From IMG/VR virus record IMGVR_UViG_3300009703_000014, positions 2,236 through 66,235 of that record: DNA of 64,000 nt, one strand, 5' to 3'. Positions within the stretch are counted from its first letter, which is position 1; every line of letters starts with the position of its first letter. This DNA is from a virus. Both the position numbers and the translations under genes were made by a program. The notes under the pieces were generated by a model. It did not search any database, was not told where the DNA came from, and saw only the letters and a list, made by a program, of their open reading frames with translations. Shown here piece by piece: positions 26,998-35,664 of the stretch.

Positions 26998-27256
26998 ATT
27001 TTCTGTAAATATTGACCCAATATCCAATACTACAAATCTTTCTGTGCAGGTAAATGATCATAAATTAAAAAAAACACATATACTGGATAAGGCGGCTAGT
27101 TCTTTAACTTCTGCAAAAGCATATGCAGACCAGTTTATAATAGGGGTGAGGCGTCAGATGGGTGACGAGCAGTCTTCAAAACTGTCCCCCTCCGTTTCCA
27201 AACCGGAGTGCGTGGGTTCGATTCCTACCACCCCTGCAAACAAGGTAAATATATAA
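26990..27256 (+). CDS. Hypothetical protein (88 aa); 3' third overlaps the tRNA(UCA)
   Basis: ORF track; GAGG RBS; its TAA overlaps the endolysin ATG. Confidence 0.5.
   Translation: MTRFSVNIDPISNTTNLSVQVNDHKLKKTHILDKAASSLTSAKAYADQFIIGVRRQMGDEQSSKLSPSVSKPECVGSIPTTPANKVNI
27142..27236 (+). tRNA. tRNA-Trp(UCA), opal-decoding, with atypical 26-nt variable region
   Basis: Acceptor AGGGGTG/CACCCCT plus G73 (A1-U72, G73, as in bacterial tRNA-Trp); D stem CGTC/GACG; anticodon arm GCAGT-CT[TCA]AA-ACTGT; T arm GTGGG-TTCGATT-CCTAC. Confidence 0.88.
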
Positions 27257-27858
27257 TGATAAAAATATTAAAAATTATAATGGATTTAATACGGGTTTTT
27301 TTTAAAGGGAAGCCTCTTGTATCTCATACCCCCCTTAAGATACAAGATATTTCTAAAGAGCTTTCTTGACACCCAACACGTACTTGAAGTAAGCGCGCCT
27401 TATCAAGTATTAAAAAGATTGTAGTACATCAAAGCCTTACTTCGTATAAAAACTCTTCGCTTTCAGCTATAAATAGCTACCACATTAAGCCCGGAAAGCA
27501 AAACCATATAAGCCCTAATGGGGCTCCTCATATTTGCTATCACTTTGGAATAGACGGTGACGGCAACACATTTCAATTAAATAATTTAAGTAGTACAGTG
27601 TGGCATTGTAAGGGACAAAATACAGCCGGCATAGGTATCTTAATATTGGGGGACTTTGACGGCCCCTCTTACACTGGGAAAGACGTAGAGCCTACAGAAG
27701 CCCAACTTAAAAGCCTTGGAGCCCTTATTAATAATTTGCTTTCAAGGGAAAATTTAGCTATATCTAAACAAGACACTTACGGGCATGCTGATTTTGGTAA
27801 GGACAATTGTCCAGGTACTGTCGTAAGCAACTTTATAGACAAATTTAAAAACACTTAG
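27256..27858 (+). CDS. Endolysin, N-acetylmuramoyl-L-alanine amidase (Amidase_2/T7-lysozyme type) (200 aa, 2 TGA=Trp)
   Basis: IVVHQS...YHFGIDGDG...WHCKGQN..GIGILILGDF...GHADFGKDNCPG zinc-amidase motifs; TGA at 27367 and 27385. Confidence 0.88.
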
Positions 27859-27869
27859 AGGATAATAAA

Positions 27870-28928
27870 ATGAATAAAATAGCATCTATGAATCTTGATG
27901 TAGTAGACTTTATCTTAAATGATGTAGAAAAACTGGCATCCGTAGTAAATGGTTTAACAGACAGCACAAAAACAGCACATATTCCCAGCTTTGAAGAGCA
28001 GCAGGATATGCCAGACAGAAATTTTGCTTTAATCTTATTAAGCAATCAGGCAGCCGACTTACATAAATTTGCTATGAACTCGGCTGATTTAGTAGAACTT
28101 AACTTAGCTTTCTTGTCTAATAATGTAGAGTCTCTTCCAGACGAAGTTATTAAGATTGCTGGGGCTAATTTAACTAAAGCCGCAAACGATTATAATGTGA
28201 GTATACCAGCAAACTTAGAAGAATTTTCTTCTAATGTATATGTCGATAACAGGCTTTTAACTACAGACATTAACGAGCTAAATTATGTAGTTAAGTGTGC
28301 GCAAGAGGGTGACGTAAATTTTGCTTGGGAAGGTGAGAAAAAGTATCCTTTAACCGATGCATCCACTGTTAAAACTGCGTCCGCTTACTTTGCGAAACAC
28401 CATCAAGCGATGGATATGGATAAAAAATTAGAATTTGTATTAAATACAGAACGTGCTGCTAAAAACTTTGGGGTAGATATAGACAATACTGCTATAGATA
28501 AATATGCTAGCTTGGATAGAAGCAGGTTTAACCCCATACTTCATGACCATATTAAAGTAAGGCAGTCTTATATTAAAGATGACGAAGATATAGCTATCTA
28601 CGACGACCTATATAATAAAATCGACGCCGCATCGCCTACTAAGGTAGCACAAGCTTTGAATATCATAGATAAGGAATTTGATTTGGAGCGTATGTACGGA
28701 AAGGGGATAGAGGATCCTTTAATGGCCTGTTTAGGATCTGTTAAAAGAGCTGGATTAAATATTGAAGGATCTATGATAACGCAAGATGATTTAAATGGCC
28801 TCGATAGCGGAGACTTAACAGTTATAGTTGGAAATGACGCGGTTAAAGCGCTTAAAGGGGATGAAGGGGTGCATGTATTAAATTCATTACCAACTCCTGT
28901 TAAACGTGAGGTTTTAGAACTTTTATAA
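27870..28928 (+). CDS. Hypothetical protein, possibly virion-internal (352 aa)
   Basis: ORF track; GAGG RBS; several KxAS motifs. Confidence 0.7.
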   Translation: MNKIASMNLDVVDFILNDVEKLASVVNGLTDSTKTAHIPSFEEQQDMPDRNFALILLSNQAADLHKFAMNSADLVELNLAFLSNNVESLPDEVIKIAGANLTKAANDYNVSIPANLEEFSSNVYVDNRLLTTDINELNYVVKCAQEGDVNFAWEGEKKYPLTDASTVKTASAYFAKHHQAMDMDKKLEFVLNTERAAKNFGVDIDNTAIDKYASLDRSRFNPILHDHIKVRQSYIKDDEDIAIYDDLYNKIDAASPTKVAQALNIIDKEFDLERMYGKGIEDPLMACLGSVKRAGLNIEGSMITQDDLNGLDSGDLTVIVGNDAVKALKGDEGVHVLNSLPTPVKREVLELL

Positions 28929-29470
28929 TGCGTTTCTTTTTAGCAAGTTTTTTATGCTCTATGCTTTTAGGGCAAACTTTAAATATAGAAACATATAACC
29001 ACACAGTAAAGGAAGGAGAGTCATTATCCAGTATTAGTGAGGGGTATGGAGTTAGTTGGGCATCTATTTATCACCTAAATGCCCACTTAATAGGAGTGGA
29101 TGCTGACCAAATAAAAGAGGGCCATACTTTAAATATTCCTTTAAATAGCTATTATACGGCGGAAGGGTACCATTTTGAGTTAAGAGCTTTTTTATGTTTA
29201 TTTGCGCTATTTATATTTCTTTGGAATATAAAACCTGTGTATAAACACGGAAGCGTTCATACCAAAACTATTATAGATAGACAAAGTAACAGCGCGCCTG
29301 CTAAGTCACGTGAAAACGAAAGTACACATGAGGTGGCCATTGAAGCGGGTTTAGGTAATACGTCTTGAAAAGCTATTGAAGCTAAGGACATTCAGTTACC
29401 TTCAGAGTCTGTGAAGTCTGGTTTAGACCAAGCAGCTTTAAAAGAAAAATTAAAAAAAATCAGGAAATAA
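28928..29470 (+). CDS. LysM-domain exported/membrane protein (180 aa, 1 TGA=Trp)
   Basis: HTVKEGESLSSISEGYGVSWASIYHLN...IKEGHTLNIP is a LysM motif; signal peptide and a TM helix. Confidence 0.8.
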
Positions 29471-29473
29471 CTT

Positions 29474-30460
29474 ATGAAAGGTTTAGATTGTGGTACAGGT
29501 AATTTTGTATGTGCGTCAGAGAAGGGAATTAATCTACAAAGGAACTCTTTTTTGACAATTGATAAAAGCACAACAACCACAAAGCAATTAAAATTATTGA
29601 GGGTTCCTTATGTAGAATTAGGGGATCAATTACACATAGTAGGTAAAAAGGCATTTGAGTATGCTCAAGTGTTTGGCAATGCAGAGCTTAAAAGACCTAT
29701 GTCTAAAGGGCTTTTAAATCCCACAGAGCAACACGCATTTCCTGTACTTAAAGTAATTATGCAAGAGTTGTTAGGCACTCCTAGTCAAGAAAATGAAGGG
29801 GTTGTTTATTGTGTCCCTGGGAAGCCTATAGACCAAGAAAGGGAAGTAGAATACCACCAAGACATCCTAAAAGATATTATTGAAAGTCTAGGTTTTAAAG
29901 CTAGAGCAATTAATGAAGCAGTCTCATTAGGTTTAGCGGGGTTAGCCGATGACGGGTTAACAGGGATTACGATTTCTATGGGAGCCGGCATGTGTAATAT
30001 TGCTATTATGTATGCGGGTATGTCTGCCTTACAGTTTAGTGTTGCCAAAGGCGGGGACTGGATTGATGAGAATGTAAGTAGGGATTGTGGTATATCTACC
30101 GCAAAAGCACAATACATCAAAGAAAGTGGAGATTATACCATAGACCCGGCATCACCTGTAGGTAGGTCTAGAGAACAGCAGGCTGTAAAAACTTATTATG
30201 AAGTACTGATTAGATACTTAATGGCTAATATAGCTAAACAGTTTGAATCAGAAGATATGCCTAATTTTCCAAACGAAGTGCCTATTGTTATAGGGGGCGG
30301 AACTTCTATGGTAAACGGGTTTATTGAGGTATTTAAAGAGCAATTTCAACAAAAACAATTTCCTCTAGAAATAAGTGATATACGACACGTAGAGGAGCCC
30401 TTAACGGCGGTATCTCGAGGATGTTTAGTGGATGCCCAACTTGAGGAGGAGGAGGGCTAA
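29474..30460 (+). CDS. Actin-like ATPase (ParM/MreB/FtsA superfamily) (328 aa)
   Basis: Phosphate-1 GLDCGTGN, connect AINEAV, phosphate-2 ISMGAGMCN and adenosine IGGGTS motifs. Confidence 0.85.
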   Translation: MKGLDCGTGNFVCASEKGINLQRNSFLTIDKSTTTTKQLKLLRVPYVELGDQLHIVGKKAFEYAQVFGNAELKRPMSKGLLNPTEQHAFPVLKVIMQELLGTPSQENEGVVYCVPGKPIDQEREVEYHQDILKDIIESLGFKARAINEAVSLGLAGLADDGLTGITISMGAGMCNIAIMYAGMSALQFSVAKGGDWIDENVSRDCGISTAKAQYIKESGDYTIDPASPVGRSREQQAVKTYYEVLIRYLMANIAKQFESEDMPNFPNEVPIVIGGGTSMVNGFIEVFKEQFQQKQFPLEISDIRHVEEPLTAVSRGCLVDAQLEEEEG

Positions 30461-30820
30461 ATGAGCGCTAAAGCAACTTTTGTATTTGAAAAACTAGCAG
30501 GCAGTAAAAAAAAGAACTTTATGAGTGAAGGTAAGAAGGATATTATTTCAGGGCTGGCTGCAGGAGCTGTCACTACTGGAGCTACTTTTCCTTTAGATAC
30601 TATGACTACCGCAGCTCAGTCAGGATATGCCGCTGATCTAAAAAAGAGTTTAGGCAAAACCTTAACTTTTAAAACCGTACTTAAAAACCCTAAGTTAATC
30701 CCTCACCTTTATAAAGGTATTCAGTATAAATGGTCAAAAACTATTCCAGGCACTGCTATATCTTTAGCAACCTATGCCGGTACTAGGCGATTCTTAGATA
30801 AGAAATTTCCTAAGCAGTAA
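30461..30820 (+). CDS. Single mitochondrial-carrier (Solcar)-like repeat membrane protein (119 aa)
   Basis: IISGLAAGAVTTGATFPLDTMTTAAQ and LYKGIQYKWSKTIPGTAISLATY match the odd- and even-helix patterns of SLC25 repeats. Confidence 0.65.
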   Translation: MSAKATFVFEKLAGSKKKNFMSEGKKDIISGLAAGAVTTGATFPLDTMTTAAQSGYAADLKKSLGKTLTFKTVLKNPKLIPHLYKGIQYKWSKTIPGTAISLATYAGTRRFLDKKFPKQ

Positions 30821-31305
30821 TGGATATTACAGACTTATTACAGAATGAAGATGTGGTGGAGCCGGAAACGCTTCACATGCTTTTTCCAAATTTAACTCAA
30901 ATGGAAAAGCAAAAGGTACTTGCTATTAAAGTAATACATAATAATAGATGTGCCTTTGAAGACATGGATGTATTTGAAAATATAGTCTTTGTTTTAAATG
31001 GAATAGACCCCAATGTTACTATCATGGAGGGTTCTACCCCTGAATTTATTTGGAAAGCTTTAGATACCATCAGACAAATCCACCCCAAAATTGAGTTTGC
31101 TGAAGAAGTCAAAGAATATATAAAAAGTATATTTTTGGACCAAGGGTACAAAGTGTTTCCACCTAAATCAGGCATAGATAGCCCCCTTTTAGAGCAAGTG
31201 GAGGATCGTGCATTACACGGTCCTTTTCCTTTAGAAGAAGATGATATAGGAATACAAGCCTTAAGATATTTAAAAACAATGGAATATATTAAAACAGGGG
31301 AATAA
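30820..31305 (+). CDS. Hypothetical protein (161 aa)
   Basis: ORF track; TAATG-coupled. Confidence 0.7.
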   Translation: MDITDLLQNEDVVEPETLHMLFPNLTQMEKQKVLAIKVIHNNRCAFEDMDVFENIVFVLNGIDPNVTIMEGSTPEFIWKALDTIRQIHPKIEFAEEVKEYIKSIFLDQGYKVFPPKSGIDSPLLEQVEDRALHGPFPLEEDDIGIQALRYLKTMEYIKTGE

Positions 31306-31307
31306 AA

Positions 31308-33182
31308 ATGCCAGTAAAGCATATTACAGAAGCAGAGTCCACTAGGGCACGTAGCACAAACTACCCGAACCCTTTTTTCGATTTAGCTAATAATTACATA
31401 CCTAAAAATATAAAAACTTTATTTAAATTTTGTAGAAGTTTCTTTTACACTAACGGATTTTTACGGAATGTAATTACGAAACTTACTGAGTATCCTATTA
31501 CGGACTTACTCTATTCAACAACTATAGACGAAGCTACACGAGATTTATACGATCAGGCCTTACACCGTAAACTAAAAATCAAGAGCCTTTTAATTGAAAT
31601 CGGGCTGGACTATTATACTTACGGTAACGCTTTTGTATCTACCCATATAAAAAGTAAACGATTCATTAAGTATCCTGATGGTCAAATGATCCCTATCGAC
31701 CAGGCCACTATTAAAGTAAAAAACTTTGAATTTTATGCATCTAAACAAGGTGTAAGTGATGTAAAAGTTGAGGTTGTAGACGAGCCTATTAAGTCCATTG
31801 ATAATTTTAAATTACTGAGATGGGCTCCAGAAAATATAGATATAGACTATAGCCCCATAACAGGCGACTCAATATATTACTATACTATTCCTTCTAAGAT
31901 AAAGGCGGGGATAGCTGCCGGAAATATAGCCATTTTGCGAGATATACCTCTAGTTTTCTTAGACTCTCTACGACAAAAAAAGCGTATTATACTCGATGAA
32001 AACAACTTGTTTCATTTTAAGCGTCCTACGCTTGCTGAAGACGACATGGGATGGGGAAAACCTTTAATTCTTCCAGCTTTAAAAGATATTTATTATTTAC
32101 AAACACTAAAGCGTGGAAATGAGGCCATTTCAAATGAGCACATAATTCCTAAAAAAGCGATCTACCCTGCTAATACCACAACGCTAGACCCATATACCCA
32201 AATGAATCTCGGTAAGTGAAAAGGTCAGATGGAACAGCAAATTAAAAAATGGAGACAAGACCCTAACCACATAGGAGTTTTTCCAATCCCTATTGGATAT
32301 CAAGAGTTAGGTGGAAACGGCAGAGCTTTGCTATTAACGCCAGAAATGAAATTTATTGAGGAGTCTATTATTAACAGTATGGGTGTTCCTTTAGAATTTA
32401 TTAAGGGAGGGGCTTCTTGGACGGGTTCTAGCATTTCTTTGAGAATTGTAGAAAATCATTTTTTAACATATAGGGAGTTTTTAACAGAATTTTTAAATCA
32501 TTTTGTAGTACATAAATTAGTACATTTATTAAACTACCCTAAAGTAGACGTACGTTTTAGTAAATTTAAAATGTCGGACGATGCCCAAGCTAAACAGCTA
32601 GCTATTAATTTAAACGCATCTGGCAAGATTTCAGACTCAAAATTACTAGACGAGTTTGGGTATAATTATGAGGAGGAGGCCACTGCTATCAAGCGTACGC
32701 GTTTAGACATGATGAATGATGCTATTTTGCAGTCTGAGAAAGACGCCGAAGCGCAAGGCAAGTCTCAAATAATTTTAAGTAAATACCAAACAAGAGCTCA
32801 AAAAGCGGGAGAAGATGAAGCTTTTAGATTAAAAGCAGAGATCTTTGAAAAAGAGCTTATGCAAGAAAATCAAGGAATACCTGAAGACCCCATTAAGCTT
32901 ATAGAAAAATATGCTTATGAGATACATGGGCTGGATCCTGTTAATCAGCAGAAAAAAATGGCTCAATTAATTAAAAAAGCTCCAATTACATACGGCCTTG
33001 TTTTGGAGAGATTGCAGCTTATACAAATGGAAGCAAACCAGGTTATGGCAGCTTCAGCAAGCATGGAAGAGCCTTCTTTAGACACAGCTCCTAACGAGAA
33101 AGGAGTAGGAAATAGAGAGGGAGATAAAGTTAAGTTGCGTGAAAAAGAAAAAACAAAAGGCCAAACAAGAGGTAGTGTTTAA
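31308..33182 (+). CDS. Portal protein (624 aa, 1 TGA=Trp)
   Basis: Portal-like blocks (LIEIGLDYYTYGNAF, LFHFKRP...WGKPLILP, IINSMGVP). The two ORF pieces join as MNLGK[W]KGQMEQQ. Confidence 0.8.
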
Positions 33183-33352
33183 TGGAAAAATATGGGACTT
33201 ATAAAATTTATAAGAATATCGATAGTGGGGAAATCTTAAGACTTTTAGTGGACTCTGCTGAATTTACTAAAGTAGCTTCAGACGAGAGTGCTTGGATTGA
33301 GTTGGAGGAAGAAGAGGCTTCTGACTCTGAAGACCTTTTATCCGCTAAGTAA
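33182..33352 (+). CDS. Small acidic protein (56 aa)
   Basis: TAATG-coupled ORF read by hand (below ORF-track cutoff). Confidence 0.6.
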   Translation: MEKYGTYKIYKNIDSGEILRLLVDSAEFTKVASDESAWIELEEEEASDSEDLLSAK

Positions 33353-33537
33353 TGGATTACTTAGACGAGGGAGTAGTTAAGGTAAAAAAGTTTCACCTAG
33401 ATGACGACAGCTCTAAAGCAGGTTATGAGGCAGTATTAAATGATATTAACTGTACAGTTATTCGGGATGAATTTACTTATGATAAAGCAGGTAGAGCGAT
33501 TATAACTATTTGATATAGAGATGAAAATGAAATGTAA
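33352..33537 (+). CDS. Small protein (61 aa, 1 TGA=Trp)
   Basis: TAATG-coupled; TGA at 33511, TAA at 33535 just before the terminator. Confidence 0.6.
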
Positions 33538-33566
33538 AAAAGGGAGCTAAATTTAGCTCCCTTTTT
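33536..33566. terminator. Bidirectional intrinsic terminator between convergent blocks
   Basis: AAAAAAGGGAGCTAAATTTAGCTCCCTTTTT perfect hairpin with A and T tails. Confidence 0.85.
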
Positions 33567-33570
33567 AGTT

Positions 33571-34875
33571 TTATGATAAGGCTTCCTTAAAAATTTTCTT
33601 TAATAGCGTTTTCTTGTCATCCCACCTAAAAAGCTTGTCTATCCGCGCAATACACTTCGTATCTATGGTTATTTTTTTGTTATTTTTTTTCCATTTTTTA
33701 TATTCAATTTCTAAGGCGTCCGTCATTGCGCCCATATCTGCTACGGGCCTTAAGTGCCCATTATCCATCGCTTGGTTAATCACTGTTGTGTTAGGAATTA
33801 AGTGTCCTGTATCACCCAGCATCTCTGGAATTGCGCTATTAAAAGGTGCAATGCTAGGGGTACCTGTGGAAGCTGCCTCTAAAAGACTTAGCCCACATCC
33901 CTCACCTAATGCACTAGATATGTTTACATTAGCTGCATTATATAGCTGGTTAATAACAGAATCAGGCACCTCTCCAGCATAAATATTTCGAGCATTTATA
34001 CCTAAAATAGTGTTTACATCAGAGTCAGCAAACCCGGCATTTAATAAGTGGTTTTGTAGTAGGTTAGCTTTAGAAGGGCCCATTGACATCTCTTTAGGCA
34101 TACAATGTAAGTAGAGAAACACGTCATCTTTAACTGTCCCTTTTGCTTTTAAATCTCTGGATCTAGTTAAATCGCACCACTCTCTATCTGCTGGCATTTT
34201 AAATCCCTGTTCATTTTCTTTATAGCCTTTAGCAAACATACTAAAAGCTCTAGCTGTGCCAGGAATAAACTTTCTAGGTTGGAATCTATTTATGTTACAA
34301 ACTACAAACTTATCTTCCCAACCAAACTGTTTACGAAGACTTTTTATTTCCTCTTTAGGTAGCGGATAAAAAGTCTTTTTGTCTACACCATGATAAAGCT
34401 TCCACAGTTTTTTATCTGGAAGTTTAAAATTCTTAATTTGTTTTGTAACTTCAATAGCCCAGTCACTGTACTCTATTATAGCATCAGAATAAGTAAAAAC
34501 GTCTCCCCAAGCAAAAGAAACAGGAGCCCCATCAATAGGAAAATACGATACAATTTTAGCGTTAGGAGCCCAGTCTGTTTTTATTTTTTTAATAACTTCT
34601 GAAACATGGAAAATGTCTTGGAAAAGAAATATAAGTTCAGGCTTTTCTTTTTTTATAATCCGCTCCATTTTTTTATATCCCAGCATATCATCCTTAGATA
34701 TGGGGTATACAAAATATTTTGAAGTATCATACCGGGTCTCCCCATGGTAGTTAATGCCTAAGACACTAACATCATAATCCTCATGCATATCCTCCAGTAA
34801 ATTTTTTGCAACATTTCCAAAGCCAGTAGGGACTAAAAAATCACACCAGCAAAACAGTTTTTTCTTATTACTCAT
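33571..34875 (-). CDS. Glycosyltransferase, GT-B/GT4 family (434 aa)
   Basis: TGFGNVA, NINRFQPRK, EGCGLSLLEAASTGTP motifs; 9 Trp, all TGG. Confidence 0.88.
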   Translation of the reverse strand: MSNKKKLFCWCDFLVPTGFGNVAKNLLEDMHEDYDVSVLGINYHGETRYDTSKYFVYPISKDDMLGYKKMERIIKKEKPELIFLFQDIFHVSEVIKKIKTDWAPNAKIVSYFPIDGAPVSFAWGDVFTYSDAIIEYSDWAIEVTKQIKNFKLPDKKLWKLYHGVDKKTFYPLPKEEIKSLRKQFGWEDKFVVCNINRFQPRKFIPGTARAFSMFAKGYKENEQGFKMPADREWCDLTRSRDLKAKGTVKDDVFLYLHCMPKEMSMGPSKANLLQNHLLNAGFADSDVNTILGINARNIYAGEVPDSVINQLYNAANVNISSALGEGCGLSLLEAASTGTPSIAPFNSAIPEMLGDTGHLIPNTTVINQAMDNGHLRPVADMGAMTDALEIEYKKWKKNNKKITIDTKCIARIDKLFRWDDKKTLLKKIFKEALS

Positions 34876-35539
34876 TTATTTTTTTTATGGTTTTTTTTAT
34901 ATGTTTTTGTAAATTAAAATTTTTAGGCACTGAGGCACTTTTAATAAGGTTAGGCGCTGCCCATAAAGGCTGTAAGTTTGTATAATGAAAAGCAACCTTT
35001 TGGTGCTCTTCTTTATCTAAGGAGAATGCACTACAAGGGATAATGTGATCTACGTGCCAATCCCCATAATTTTTCCAGGACATGCCTGCTTCAAATTGCT
35101 TTTCTAGATATTCTTTTAGATAGGAAACTGAGCAACCTAACAAATAAACAGTTTTAGCCTCCTTTGTTTTCCCGTCAGCCTTTAAAGCTGTAGTAAGGCG
35201 GGAGCGCATTGTATTTTTTAATTTAAAAATGGGGTCTGAGGCCATTCTTTTATTATACCAAGTATTTCGCTTAGCTCTATATAAATCGCCTTTAATAGGG
35301 TCTCTTCTAATATCTTTATAACGCTTTCTATCCTTAGCCCTTATAACTTCTCGGTTAACCTCTCTATACTCCGCAGCTTTTAGAAGGGCCCTAGCTTTAT
35401 TTTCTTCATAATACTTAGCTAAGTACGACTTTAGACAAGGGGCACATGCGGATTTGTGTCCATCTAATGCGTTTTTATTTTTTGAAAAGTCTGCTAAGCG
35501 AAGTATTTTATGGCACCTGGTACATTGTTTTGTGTTCAT
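34868..35539 (-). CDS. HNH endonuclease with N-terminal zinc finger (223 aa)
   Basis: CxxC...CxxC N-terminus; WHVDHIIPC...HYTNLQPLWA..N HNH core. Confidence 0.85.
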   Translation of the reverse strand: MNTKQCTRCHKILRLADFSKNKNALDGHKSACAPCLKSYLAKYYEENKARALLKAAEYREVNREVIRAKDRKRYKDIRRDPIKGDLYRAKRNTWYNKRMASDPIFKLKNTMRSRLTTALKADGKTKEAKTVYLLGCSVSYLKEYLEKQFEAGMSWKNYGDWHVDHIIPCSAFSLDKEEHQKVAFHYTNLQPLWAAPNLIKSASVPKNFNLQKHIKKTIKKINE

Positions 35540-35611
35540 ACTTTAATATAACCATAATTTGGCGGCATTTCAAGGGTCTAAAAAATTCTTAATGTAAAAA
35601 AATAAGGACTT

Positions 35612-35635
35612 TAAAGCGCCCAAATGGGCGCTTTA
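35612..35635. terminator. Hairpin terminator downstream of the large structured element
   Basis: TAAAGCGCCCAAATGGGCGCTTTA perfect inverted repeat. Confidence 0.7.
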
Positions 35636-35664
35636 TTGTTTATAAATATGTGGCTAATTCGCAC

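Noticed and set aside
27142-27236. tRNA-Sec, or TGA=Gly (code 25)
   Set aside because: 7/5 acceptor/T fold with tRNA-Trp-type A1-U72 and G73; dozens of TGA at conserved Trp sites; no selA/selB or SECIS-like pattern evident.
2-33537. Fragmented structural genes as pseudogenes or sequencing errors
   Set aside because: Every break is an in-frame TGA with no frameshift, lands on Trp-compatible motif positions, and a cognate UCA tRNA is present.
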